Assembly: GCA_951406725.2 (NCBI GenBank)
Contig: OX597822.1
Coordinates: 109,740,001-109,804,000, forward strand
Reading direction: 5' to 3'
Length of the DNA: 64,000 nucleotides
Origin: Octopus vulgaris
Lineage: Eukaryota
Part shown: positions 1 through 12,995 of the stretch, one piece after another
How the letters are laid out: every line of letters begins with the position of its first letter
How positions within the stretch are numbered: position 1 is the first letter of the stretch
Translations under genes and position numbers: made by a program
Notes under the pieces: generated by a model
Told to the model about the DNA's origin: nothing
Databases searched by the model: none
The model's input: only the letters and a program-made list of their open reading frames with translations

Positions 1-2488
1 CAGCTTGATATATCACCTCCATTCGATATAATATATACATATGCAGGTTATCAGGCCTATACCACCCTGTGCAATTAATCTTCTTTATCAATATCAACAT
101 CAATTAACTATCAAAGACACAACCAAATACATGTCTCGCTGCAAACGCCAAGACATGTATTTTCTATAATTATGCTATTTGAAAAGACATTTGCAGAATC
201 TTTCTGTGCATATGAGAAAAGTTAACATTTATGTTATGTATGTACCTTCTAACTGAATAACACTGGAAAAGATTTTGATACTGATTTTTAGGTAACTTAC
301 TTATAACATTTAAAATTGTGCTTGTATGTATATATGTATGTATTTGTACATGTTTTTTATCTTTTACGCTTCACTTCGTTTTATTTTTTGCACATGCAAC
401 ATGAATAACCGCTCATAGTATACTCATGGCGGTTTCATGTACTAAGCATTGATACTTATAGAACAAAGAAAATATAAATCTAAAATATATATTCTTACTC
501 AATTATAGTATTGATACTTTAAATATATGATGCAGTGTTGGTGTGTTCTTACCTGTCTTGATATTTATTACCTAACTTAATATTTTATTTGTTTTGCAAA
601 TGAATTATCCAGTTTTTTCTCCGTATTATGTTAATAATAACACTAGTCACCTGACATTGGCTTGTATGATCGTATTTACAGCGTTTTAATTTTCACCTGA
701 GAATTATAACCCTACCATAAACACTTGTTGTTGACTCAGTTGTACAGAGTAGCTGAAATGAGTAGTATGTACAATAACTGTCTGATGTCTTTAATCAACT
801 ATAATTGCTCGAGAGAAATTTATTTAAAATTGGCGGCAATAACAGAACTAAATCCACAGACTTTGATAAATGCTACCTTAAATAGGTTGCATTTTTAAAG
901 TTAATCCCCTCAATTTCAAGGATTGAAAAATATGTGCATTGTACGGTCGCCCTTTCCAACAATATTGACTACATGTAACATGAAATCAGGAGTTGTATGT
1001 ACTCAACAAATTATTGTTTCGGTATTTATTTCAAATTCTGAAAATTATTGCTGATCATAATAAACAATTTTTTCTTTTATATGCTGTTTTCGAGAAAGTT
1101 GTAATCCTGCATTTATTTCAAAGTATTTAATTTTCAAGAAAACTGATCAGAATTTTGTGGGGGTCTATTGTTCTACAAATGTAACATTCAATTAATATCC
1201 TACCGAATAAAATGTAGTAAGGTATTTGTTATTAATATGTGAATTAAAAGATGAAAAGAAACATTTTTATATTTTCCTTGGAATCACAAACACCAGGGTA
1301 ATTTTATCGACAGAATATATAGAAAGAAGCTGTTAAGAATCGGTTTAAAGTATGAGGTAAAAATAAGACACCATGACAGATGAAGTGAGACCAATGTACT
1401 TCAAGTGAGAGTTTGAAGTTTGAAATGCAGAAAGAAAACAACGATGTCATCAACACGGTCAATATCTGTTGTAGATGCCAATCTGATTATTGATAATTCT
1501 CTTTCTAAGCACTCAAATTTTGAATTTTGAATTTGACTTCCCATATGCCTCACGTCAAAAATATAAATTCATGTACGTTTCAGATTATTTTCATTAAATT
1601 ATTATAAAAACTGCACGTTAGTTTGTAATCTTTTTCCTCTTTTATTTGTTCGTTTTTCATGTGTTTGTTATCTTATATTTCTTTGCAACATTGGAATTGT
1701 GTCTTGACATTTCCCTTCATTTCAACTTCGTGGCAGGAGGTGCAGATGAGTGTAGCTGCATCAACTATCTCATGCACCAAATGTTAATTGCTAAAAAAGC
1801 ATTTGTGAAGTAAAATTATGTAGCAACACCAAATAGCGATGCCCCAGCATGGCCACAGCTCGTGAGCTGAAACTAGATGAAATAAAAAAAAATTATTAAT
1901 TAACGAAATAGACGTGTCACATAATATATGAAGTGCAATATGCAGGGCCATCGCTAAGTCCCTGCAACACCAGCAGTCGCAGGGAGGTCTCTACGGTTGA
2001 GGGTTCCCATGTTAGGATCAAACAACTTAGATAAGCCATCTATTTACTTTGGTTAAAATGTTAACTGAAGCTTTCAAATCAGACGAGGAAAAAATAATTT
2101 GAAAGAAACGAAAAAAGTAAATGAAAAGAACTTTTCAACGAATTCCATAAGGAGATAAAAGAAAAACGAACGAAATACAAAAAAAAAAATGAAAATAAGA
2201 ACAACTTCAAGAGAAAATACAAGAAAAAGAAGCAATGGAGATGATAGGTGGGGGTGTATACATATGCATGCATACAAACACACACACAGGCATACGTACA
2301 CACATTCCTACATACATACACACACATATGTATGTCTGGCTTTATCTGCTTCGGTCTACCACGTCCATTCACAAGATTTTGGCTCAGTAAGAGGGAGAGA
2401 GAGAGAGAGAGATGTGTACCAAACACACACACGCCTCTTTGTCTCTCTGTTTCTCCCACTTTCTCTATTTATTTCTCTCTCTCTCCCT

Positions 2489-2526
<38 letters not shown>

Positions 2527-2554
2527 AAATAAGCAACAAGAATATCTTCAGTAA

Positions 2555-2643
2555 TTTAGTACAATCGTTTCATGCTACATCATTTTATTAAACATTGTAA
2601 GTATTACAACAGTTTTAAAATGTTGAGCAATCATCAGCCGTTT
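2555..2643 (-). ncRNA. Type I hammerhead ribozyme-like motif with long stem II
   Basis: Minus strand: CUGAUGA (2637-2631), ~60-nt hairpin UGCU..AUUUUA...UAAAAUG..AGCA, then GAAAC-GAUU-GUA; stem I only weakly paired; flanked by (TA)n. Confidence 0.55.
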
Positions 2644-2703
2644 ATAGAGGTTTTCCATCAATACATATAATTATTTTCATGTTAATATATATATATATAT
2701 ATA

Positions 2704-2734
<31 letters not shown>

Positions 2735-2765
2735 ATGTGTGTATGTGTGTGTGTGTGTGTGTGTA

Positions 2766-2985
2766 TAACGGGAAGCTTACGAAAATAAACAAAAGACGAA
2801 GGCAAGTGGAGTACAAACAAACAATTGTATTAGTATGGCGCTCAGGAATAGAAATAAAATAAGTCTTTTAGGTTTCGAGCCTACGCTCTTCAACAGAAAG
2901 ATACACAGAAAGGAAACACGCAGAGAAACAAAGAGAGAGAAAAAAATGCTTGCAGGAGCTAACGATTCAACATGGCGGTCTGATT
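2766..2985 (-). mobile_element. Short hammerhead-bearing element (Penelope pLTR/retrozyme-like), family E
   Basis: Near-identical to 44246-44401; hammerhead-like motif at 2865-2900; 3' end abuts a (TA)/(CA) microsatellite. Confidence 0.6.
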
Positions 2986-3050
2986 TGAACCATTTGAAAT
3001 TCAGGTACCACAGAAACAGGAAGAAAGACTGAGAGAAAGTTGTGGTGAAA

Positions 3051-3089
<39 letters not shown>

Positions 3090-3244
3090 GAGAGGTTGAA
3101 AAGGAACACAAGAGTTGATATATATGGAAAAAAAGTAAAGATAGAAAATGCTAAAATAGTTTTATAAAAAACATTTCAATCATTGAAACTTTTTCAACTG
3201 TAAGTATGGAAAACAATTAAATTTTGATGTTTTTAAAAGAATAT

Positions 3245-3575
3245 TTACTCTTTTACTTGTTTCAGTCATTTGACTGTGGCCATGCTGGAGCACCGCCTTT
3301 AGTCGAGCAAATCGACCCCAGTACGTCTTGTAACCCTAGTACTTCTATCGGTCCCTTTTGCCGAACCGCTTAGTTACGAGGACGTGAACACACCAGCAGC
3401 GGTTGTGAAGCGATGTTGGGGAGAAAAACACACACACTCTTAGATATATATATATACGACGGGCTTCTTTCAGTTTCCGTCAACCAAGTCTACTCATAAG
3501 GCTTTGGTCGGCCCGAGGCTATATTAGAAGACACTTGCCCAAGGTGCCACGCAATGGGACTGAACCCGGAACCAT
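3245..3575 (-). mobile_element. tRNA-derived SINE group A, 5'-truncated
   Basis: Matches full copies at 25133-25556, 37135-37559 and 60723-61135. Confidence 0.85.
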
Positions 3576-3789
3576 TTGAAATTCAGGTACCACAGAAACA
3601 GGAAGAAAGACTGGGAAAAAAGTTGTGGTGAAAGTGTAAAGCAGGGTTCGCTAACCACCCCACTTCGGAACAACGTGGGGCTTCAGGTTTTTCGCTCAAT
3701 AAAGTTTGACAACGCCCGGTCTGGGAATCGAAACTGAGATCCTACGACTGCGAGTTCGCTGCCGTAACCATTGGGCCATTACGCCACCA
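3576..3789 (-). mobile_element. tRNA-headed SINE group C, partial
   Basis: Minus strand head with A box (TGGCCCAATGGTTA) and B box (GTTTCGATTCCC); matches 45475-45849. Confidence 0.75.
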
Positions 3790-3824
3790 TACTTAATAAT
3801 AATACGAAAAGGTGAAGACTACTA

Positions 3825-3882
<58 letters not shown>

Positions 3883-3885
<3 letters not shown>

Positions 3886-4438
3886 GCCCTGATGCAGTAC
3901 CAGGCAGTGGCTCTCATGGCTTCTGATCTTAACTGATTGGAAGTGTTATCGTGTACATTGTTTTGTCTTGGTATAAAAGATGGGCTACAGCAAATTTTCT
4001 GCTCAATACCACAGATTTGCTTGTCAGTTGTTTGACCTTAACCAGTTGAGCATGTCCCTTAGTGGCTGACGATATGTGCATCTCTGATCACGAGCAGAAG
4101 TAGTGGGGGAGCATCATAGCCATGTGTTGAAAGGGATTCTTTGGGGTTTGAATAGTTCACATCTGGAAACATGGGTGGTTCTTTCAACATCCTTAAACAA
4201 CCCTTATTCAGGGACCGTTTGAGCATGATGGGCTACTCAACCTGAAGAAAATTCTAACTGGGCCCCACCTGCAAGGTCATGTGCTGTTTATCTTGATATG
4301 AGATCACCATGTCGCGCACATATGGTTGTGATGCACGTGCCTGGTGTACCTTTATCAGACGGGTAGTCATGATGGGTATATTGGGCTTCGTATATTTTAC
4401 CCCAGTGTCACTTTGATGGCATGAACTGCTCTCTCACT
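3883..4438. mobile_element. ~555-bp non-coding element embedded in an (AAT)n array
   Basis: Higher-GC unique-looking block with sharp boundaries between (AAT)n 3825-3882 and 4439-4636; no ORF. Confidence 0.5.
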
Positions 4439-4520
4439 CAATAATAATAATAATAATAGTAATAATGATAATAATAATAGTAATAATGATAATAATGATA
4501 ATAATGATAATAATAATAAC

Positions 4521-4559
<39 letters not shown>

Positions 4560-4583
4560 TATAATAATAATAATAATAATAAT

Positions 4584-4636
<53 letters not shown>
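4439..4636. repeat. (AAT)n microsatellite
   Basis: ~200 bp of near-perfect AAT. Confidence 0.95.
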
Positions 4637-5010
4637 GGCATCAGCCAGATAATGTAGTAAATGGTGAGGCCTCATCCTCCTTTGGAACTTCCCAATACAG
4701 ACAGAAAAATTGACTCCAATCGACCAGACATTGTGATCAAGGATTACAACAGAGAACTTGTCTGTCCTACAAGATCAAAATGTCTCGAGAAAAGAATACG
4801 AAAAGCTTTGTAACTATAAAGATCTCCAAATTGAAATCACAAAAACGTGGAAGCTTAGTGCTGCGATAATAACTGGTGCGTTGGGAATGATAAAGAAGAG
4901 AGCTGGGAAGTAAAATGAAGCAACTCCCTGGCAACTCCAATTTCTGTGAACTAGAAAAAATAACCTTGATGAGTACAGCCCATATACTACGGAAAACACT
5001 CCATCTAAAA
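4637..5010 (+). mobile_element. Dong/R4-clade LINE C-terminal restriction-like endonuclease fragment, decayed
   Basis: Frameshifted translation WNFPIQTDRKIDSNRPDIVIKD...KEYEKLCNYKDLQIEITKTWKL...ITGALGMI...TAHILRK; follows (AAT)n. Confidence 0.8.
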
Positions 5011-5219
5011 TGGAATAAATGCGGTGATAATTTTAGCATATATATGTGAGTTCCATGTCTTTATTGTAGTGTAAAACAAAACTTATGTTGCACATTATTT
5101 TGTCAACGGTATCATCATACATGCTTTGAAAGAAGATTATATGTTATACGTAGTAACATGTTGACTTTTATATCAGTGACTACTTTGAATTTAAACAAGG
5201 GTATAGGGCCTTGATTATA

Positions 5220-5271
<52 letters not shown>

Positions 5272-5274
<3 letters not shown>

Positions 5275-5438
5275 TACGACGGGCTTCTTTCAGTTTCCGA
5301 CTACCAAATCCGCTCACAAGGCTTTGGTTGGCTCGAGGCTATAGTAGAAGACACTTGACCAAGGTGCCACGCAGTGGGACTGAATCCGGAACCATGCGGT
5401 TGGTAAACAAGCTACTTACCACACAGCCACTCCTGCCC
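5272..5438 (-). mobile_element. SINE group A, 5' half
   Basis: tRNA head plus core ending at the internal (TA)n. Confidence 0.85.
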
Positions 5439-6677
5439 CTATGTATATGTATAATACGCACTTATGTATATGTATAATACATAGTGAATGCCTTTATCAA
5501 TGTAAATTAGAACTTCTTCGAACGAGAATTTGAACCGCTACATGTTATCCAATTGAAGTTGCAAGCTGTATGAAAACTAATTTTGATTTATATTCTTTCT
5601 GCACAATCCGAAAATCATAAATATCTTTTGCTGAAAAAATAGCGTTATTTATATTCAACCAAACGTTAACCCTCCAGTAAGATGTACTTATATGCTTTCT
5701 GTGTATCAACTATTGCTTTGCTTAGTTTCCTGGGAGAATTATCACTTGGAATTTGAGGTGTGCCAAAAAAAATTTATTTGTTTAAAATTTAATAGATGAC
5801 AATGGTACATTCCGAAAAAAATTGATAATGGTAATAATCTATATTCTACTAAAAATATATCTGAAATAGTAATCAAATTTGACAGGTACTGTAATATAGT
5901 TAAATTTGTCTCCTCAATCTAGCTCAGAAGCAAAACATATCGTGTATAGATTATTCTAATATAATTAGCCGTATGGATATATACATATGTGTATGTGTAT
6001 CTGTGTTTTGGTATTCACACAAAAACGCACAGTCATTTACACACACATACGTACAAGCACACACACGCACACGGACACATACATGCAGACACACAAATAT
6101 ACTCATACAAGTACGTACGTACGGTTTTTTACATCTTCGTCCTCTGGTACTGAATCAATTATGTATCAGTGTCCAATTAAGCTAACTTAGAACGTATTGC
6201 TGTTTCCTGACCTTCTCAATTTAAAATGATTATGTTAAATCAATAGATTGTGAGAGGCAAGTAATTTCTAGCCAAACAAATTACAGAGTGGACGAGTTAG
6301 TTTCAGTTTGTTGTGATAAAAGCGACAACAATAAATCTAATTATTCAAACTAAAAGCTATAAGAATAGAAAGAAAAAAAGTCTCCTATTTCTGAGGAGTT
6401 TTTTTTTTTTGTTTGACAGAACCATGTTTTGTAATAAAATACCAGTAAATTTCTATCAACTTTAAGTAAAAGTAATGTAAATATTTACATTAGAATTTTA
6501 TATTGAATTATTCCCATAAAATGCTCCAAGTAAAAAGTCAAAATATTTCTTGATACAGTTGTAATGAACAAAACACTTCCAGAATATTCTTACTAAATTT
6601 TACCTTAAACGCTTTCTTAGATAGGATTTATTTTGTGATATCAGAGTATCCTTGTGCACATATCACTCTCTCTCCCC

Positions 6678-6708
<31 letters not shown>

Positions 6709-6714
6709 CTTTCC

Positions 6715-6757
<43 letters not shown>

Positions 6758-6888
6758 CTGTTATAAGAGGTAATGGTGTCAATAAGACTCAAAGGTATCA
6801 GGTAATGCTGAGTAAGTTCTATTGGACGTTCTAAAATTTTTCACAGGCTTGGATTTTTGCAAATTCTTAAAATTTATATATATATATA

Positions 6889-7401
6889 CTAGAAGTATCG
6901 CCCGGCGTTGCTCGGGTTTGTAAGGGAAATAACTATATAAGCATTTTTTGAGAGTTACTTCCCTTATAGATGCCAATTCGGGCTTTCTTAGCCATTTCTG
7001 TTTTGGTGTCTTCAAGCCATGAAGTCGTTGTTCTAAAAGAACGCTGGTCTCCTTGACAACGCTTTACGACGTTGAATTCCTTACACTCCCTTTCCCACAG
7101 CTTCACGAGGGAGGGAAGAAAGGGGAGAAGCAAACAGGTGCAGGTGTGACCATGGACGCCAACTCCGCCGCCATCGACACACGAAAAATTATGCATTAAA
7201 ATGGAATAAAAAATGATGTTAAATTATTTTTAAAATCGTAGACTCATCGTAGACGCGCGCTAATAGCCAGACGGGCTCGATATGAATCACGACTATAAGA
7301 TACTCGAATTTGGTTAAACTGCACCGCAAAATGTGGGAGTAGTTAGGAATCTAAATCGAAGGGGACAGACATTCACACAACTACAGTTTTATATATATAG
7401 A
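6889..7401 (-). mobile_element. Non-autonomous Helitron family D (internal variant)
   Basis: Minus strand 5'-TC...hairpin CCCGAGCAACGCCGGG...CTAG-3', between A and T; ends shared with five other copies. Confidence 0.8.
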
Positions 7402-7409
7402 TATATATC

Positions 7410-7742
7410 CTTGGAATTTCGTTGAGAGAGCACATCAGTAGCGAGGTCATCAGAGAGAAGTCCGGCATGAGGGATGTCATCGTAGAGTATACACGCAGCA
7501 AGTTTAGATGGGCTGGACACGTCTCCCGGCTCACCGATAATCGGTGGACCCGCGTAGTTGTCGAGTAGTACCCGCGCGAGCAGAAACGACCACTCGGAAG
7601 GCCTCCACGACAGTGGAGTTACGATTTCAGGAGGACGATTGGGATCTCGTGGATGAGAAAGGCGCGATCCAGAGAGAAGTGAACAGCGTGCTGTGACAAA
7701 TGGACGCCCGACGTACTGGTCGGTCAAGGTGATCAAGGTGAT
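7410..7742 (+). mobile_element. RTE-clade LINE 3' fragment
   Basis: LGISLREHISSEVIREKSG...KFRWAGHVSRLTDNRWTRVVVE*YPREQKRPLGRPPRQW; tail GGTCAAGGTGATCAAGGTGA runs into (TA)n. Confidence 0.85.
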
Positions 7743-9414
7743 ATATATATATGTGTGTATGTATGTATAAATAAATACATACATCTACATACATGTATAT
7801 ATATGTGTATATATATATATAGTGAACTGACAATACTACCATTTGATTTTTACGTTGAAAACTCCATAATTTCACACGCTTTATACTTACGAAAGTTGTT
7901 ACATTTTGAATTATACTACTTGAGATTACACAAGATTTTACGAAACTTCACAATATTTTGCCATGGAGTTATTGGAAACACTTATAAATTGAAGTAACAC
8001 GTGTAGGGATATTTAATAGCTATTTTTTATTGCATTGAGCCTGGTGTTTTGCAAATATAAGTGGAGATGCCTAAAATAATCTTGGACATTGCATTCAGCA
8101 ATTTGGTTGCTTGATACAAATACATTCACACGTCTTGTAATGCAAATACATACAACATGCATCACACGCCCACACTATTGGCAATGTGAGTGCATATATT
8201 TACAATTTCTTGAAAATCTAAGTTTTTGAAATTATTTTGCAAATCGTATGTGTATTATATGTGCACGTCACAGAATTAAAGCATGAGTCTCTGGGAACTT
8301 ATCGGGAGTGTATATTTATTATGCATTTTAAGCATATTAGAAAGATTAATGTTATATCTTCAATTTATCATTGTTGGATATTTGGTGAGGACAAGAGCTA
8401 AAATAATCAAAATGAAGAACAGATTTGGAAATGTGTTAAAGAATATTTAAATGGAAAGTGTTACCCGGAATGAAACGTAAGAATGGCTTCAGACATACGC
8501 TAAAACCAAAATTAGATGCAAAAATAAGATTAAATAATTAAAATTATAAAATAATATAAGAAGATGCTACCCTCACTGTGCAGCCAATGCAACGAACAGA
8601 ATGAATCATTTAACCTGTCATTTCCACCTGTCCATGCTTCAGAAATTGATCGAGATGATTTTTATAATTACCGGTCGACTGAAGTTTTGAAAACATTTAT
8701 AAACGCGGCTCAACAAAGCTATATTCAGTGCATATAATTCCAGACTGACAAATGATTCCGTCAAATATCAAGAAAAAGAACTAAACATTTCTATTATCTG
8801 AAATACATTTCGAACGTGTCTAGCCAAAACATTGCCCAGAAGGAGATTCGGAAAAAGTTAAATTACAACACTAATTTCAAATAGATATACGCCTAGAATA
8901 GGGAATTTAAGAAACAAACATGACTAATAATATTTAAAGCAACAATTATGAAAATATATGAGCAGAAACATATACATTTTACAGGTCCAGAAAGTAACAA
9001 TGCTAAGCACAGCCCAATTCAAAGAAGTCACCAAAAGGGTAAACCCCAAGTAAACAACAAAGTTCTTTCAAATCACAATAGTGTACAGAAGAATTCCACT
9101 TGTCAGCATAATATACCAAATACTCCGGATAATCACAACCGTGTAAAATAGTAACACGTATCATTGAGAAAATGATGTAGTGTCAAAAATTCACATAAGT
9201 CATACACTAGTTAGTCACTAGCTATTACTATAATACAATATATCTGATATATTTCTAGTTGCCCATACAAATCACAAGCAACACAGAGCAACCAGGAAAC
9301 ATGTGTTTCACATATTCTATGAAGCAAACGATATGCCAACTGACACTACAAATGGGGTGCACTCGACTTGGGCTCTAGTACATAATGGCCCTACCGCAAA
9401 CCACACGAGAGGCT

Positions 9415-10818
9415 AGCATACATCAACACAGCCCCCTGCCACCCATACTTCGTGTTCAAAAATCTGGTAAAGGGGGTTAGTCTGTGGATCACGCACCTTT
9501 CCTCCAACCAAGAGATCTTCGATGCAGCAGCCCCATACTATAACGAGACCCTAGCTTCCAGCAGATGTAGGGATTGCATCTTCTACATGCCGGAACCCAA
9601 CAACCGCAGAAGAAAGCGCCGCAGAAATACCATTTCGTTTTCCCCCTTCTCCCTTAACACAAAAACACCCGCGGGTAGAATATTCCTTAAATTAAAAGAT
9701 AAGCGCTTCACAAGCTCACATAGGTACGGGCCCATTTTCAGCAGGCATAACGTTAGAGTCTAGTTTAGCTGTGACCCCAATATTAAGAGCAACCTGGTTA
9801 GCGCCCCTAAGCCACACGCAGAGGCAGGATGGGGTCACCGCGAAATCAAAGTTGTCGCCTATGAAGCCGAAGTAGTAGCAAAATCTAGTAATAACACTGG
9901 TAGAAGCAGTAGCAGCCGTAGACTCGAGAACAGAATCAGCAACACCGCCACCATCGATACTTTGGCAATATTAGCAACAATATCAATAACAGCACCAGAG
10001 ACGGCATTGACAGTTCCCCCGACGGCAACATCAATAACAACAGCAACAACAACAACAACCTAGACATCAGCACCAGCATTACCATCAGTTTCCCCAATGT
10101 TTACAGTAGAAGACCTGACAACACATTTGGCAGTGGCAACAGGTTCAGTGCCACCACCAGCTATAACGGCAATAGCAGCAGCAGCAGCAGTAGCAGCAAT
10201 GACAGTGGACCTGACAGAAACACCAGCGCAACCACAGCTAATGATAACTCTCGCCGCAACAGCAACTCTCCTTCCAATGAAGAGGACCAAAATAGCAAGT
10301 GTGCTTCCACCATAACCGACAGTTGCGATGTCATTACCGACGCCACCATCGCCTCCAGCGACACCAACACCAGCAGTCCTAGCCCCAACAACAACAATGT
10401 CGGTGGCAATAGCAACAACAATACCAGCAAGAACAGAACCAACAACAAACACCTAAGAAGATAAATTGGATATTCCGAGATCTCTTTTAAGCAACTTCTC
10501 TCCCACCACAGGTCCGCCTTCATAGTTCCGGAAAGGAGATACGCAACATCACTGCCCAGTCACATCTGGCAACTAAGAGACGACGGGATTCCATACTCGA
10601 CCTCATGGAAAATCCTTGAGGACTCAGGCCCCTACATCAGCGGGACGAAGAGTTGCAAGTTATGCATAGCTGAACGTGCGAGATTCCTAAACGATTCACT
10701 CGAACCAGAGAACATTCTTAACTCCAGAACGGAGATTTTCAAGCCATGTTTACATTTCAGAAGGTTCCTGCTAGACTTCTGGCACCCGCTGGATGGCGAT
10801 ACAGCCGGAAGACGATAG
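9415..10818 (+). mobile_element. Penelope-like element, C-terminal RT thumb plus GIY-YIG endonuclease, pseudogenised
   Basis: YINTAPCHP..VFKNLVKG..LSSNQEIFDAAAPYYNETL..RRKRRRN..PFS..F..HNVRV; VVAYEAEV ... *IGYSEISFK..HRSAF..TSLPSHIWQL..WKIL..CKLCIAE..LNSRTEIFKPCLH; stops and frameshifts. Confidence 0.85.
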
Positions 10819-10946
10819 CCATTAGCAAATGGAGATTATCCCCAATTACTAACTTTCAGTAGTGAGCCATTTTTCTTCCATATTTTTAAGAGGTCATGGG
10901 TCAACAGGTCTTTGAATCTGATGATACGCTGTAAAGCGGTCTTCCC

Positions 10947-10984
<38 letters not shown>

Positions 10985-11031
10985 AATAATATATAAATAT
11001 AAGCATATATACGTATATATATGTATATACC

Positions 11032-11067
<36 letters not shown>

Positions 11068-11070
<3 letters not shown>

Positions 11071-11215
11071 GGCTGGTTTCTTTCAGTCTACCTAATCAAC
11101 TTACAAGGCTCTGGTCGGCTCGATGCTATTATAGAAGACATTTTCCCAAGGTGCCACGCAGTGGGACTGAACCCGGAAGCATGTGGTTGGTAAGCAAGCT
11201 ACAAACTACAACCAT
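11068..11215 (-). mobile_element. SINE group A, 5' half, diverged
   Basis: GGTGCCACGCAGTGGGACTGAACCCGG motif. Confidence 0.75.
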
Positions 11216-11239
11216 TCATGAACCTATATATGAATATTT

Positions 11240-11297
<58 letters not shown>

Positions 11298-11299
<2 letters not shown>

Positions 11300-12005
11300 T
11301 TTGATACTTTGATACTTTGATAGGTTTCGGCCATTATTGGCCCAGGCCATGTCTAACTTAATAGCACCACCTGGTGAAGTCTTTCAAGTCAGAATTTGGG
11401 CACTATGGCCCACTCAAGTAGGGAGTTATTGTTTACAGAGACATATCCGGGTGTAGGGGGTTTATCCGGGATTTCTTGAAGGAATCTGTCCAAAGACTTC
11501 TTGAACCCTATAGGGTCAGTTTCTGTTTTAATGTGTTTTGGTGTAATGTTAAAGAGAACGGGGCCAATTGAGGTGAAATAATTGTGCCGTATTGTTGTTA
11601 TGAGATGACAGTGCGATTTTTGTTTTGGGCGGATGGCACGGGGCCCAAGCCTTGGATGTACCTTAAAGGTGATGCCAACATCATTTGGGCAATGCTGATG
11701 GAATATTTTCCGCATCATGCAGATGATGTAGCGCTCACGACGACGTTGGAGAGAATAAAGTATTAGCTTTTCTAGTCGACCCCAATAGTCGAGGCCTGTC
11801 ATGCTATCTATCTTTCTTGTGATTGCCCTTTGAGGTGCTTCAACTTTTATGATACCTTGTATTGTGTGGGGAGACCACAGTGGACAACAGTATTCAAGGT
11901 GGGGTCGGGCAAAAGTGGAGAAGAGAAGGATAATGGTGTGGATATCTCTCGACTGGAAAGTTCTGAGAATCCAGGAACACATTCTGCGGGCCATGTCAAC
12001 TTTGG
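11298..12005 (-). mobile_element. CR1-clade LINE 3' fragment (RT C-terminus plus 3' UTR)
   Basis: ORF 11389-11994: WILRTF..RPHLEYCCPLWSP..QRAITRKI..DYWGRLEKL.LYSLQRRRERY; (ATCAAAGT)3 tail into (TA)n. Confidence 0.9.
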
Positions 12006-12995
12006 TGTTTATATCAGTGGCCCATGTTTATATGAGTGGCCCAAAATGTTTATATGAGTGGCCCATATATATATATATGTATGTGTATGTGTGTGTGTGT
12101 GTGTGCGTGTGTGTGTGTGTATGTGTGTTTGTGTGAGTGTGTTTGGTCATAGTGGAGCATAGCCTTAAAGAATTCTTATAGTCGAAAGAATTGGTCTAAG
12201 TACTTATATTGGATATCGTCTTTTTCATAACTTTGCTCAGATTGCTTTCAATTTTGGTGTGTCGACGCAATTCTGAATGCTGATTATGATCACCGAATTT
12301 CTTTATCTCGGAAATTAAAGAATCTGTTGTTATTTGGAACTTAATTTGGAAAATTTGGGTAATTTTAAGTATTCAACAGCTAGTGAGGTATTAACAGCTA
12401 GTCACCATGACAACCACACATTATTTTGTGTTCCACCCGCATCTTGTGTTGATTCTTCACACCACGAGATCTGTCTTCACCCACGTGTTTTTGTTTTAAT
12501 GAAAATTTATATTCATTAATTAGAATTTTATAGACATTTTTCGCCAAATGTCTTAATATTTTCAATATATAGCAAAAGTTGTTTTCGATATTTTTACAGT
12601 TTCTTGGCATTATGCAGGTGAATGGAATATGTGAACTCAGTGCAGATAATTTGACATTATTTATGAATTCTGCATGCAAAGATACAGGTATTCTTATCGT
12701 AGTTCAAAAGACCAGTGTTATTGTTATCATAGTTTACAAGACCAAGCATGAAAACTTTACTCAGCTTTGAAGATTTGGAGACATACAAACACACACATAC
12801 ATATGTACGCTTATATAATTAAGGACGTACACAAATACATGACAGGTAAACATTACACTGAAAGATGCATAAAGTAAACACACGCAGACAATTATATTAC
12901 TATTACAGATTTTTAAAAAAATAATAATAAAAACCATACAATCATTGAAGAGACAAAAGGAACATTAAGATGATACATGTTGATTTTATTAAGTA

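Noticed and set aside
1943-2015. CAGGGCCATCGCTAAG hAT-like terminus
   Set aside because: No matching second TIR found.
5520-5890. Possible third, inverted homologue of the 26490/39960 duplicated segment
   Set aside because: Only scattered short matches in AT-rich sequence; cannot be supported without alignment.
10918-10945. CTGATGA plus small hairpin just after the Penelope stop codon
   Set aside because: Expected pLTR hammerhead position, but GAAA and stem III are missing; at most a truncated remnant.
11320-11350. GGCCA(ATAA)TGGCC-GAAAC resembling a hammerhead half
   Set aside because: No CUGANGA; better explained as the CR1 3' recognition stem-loop.
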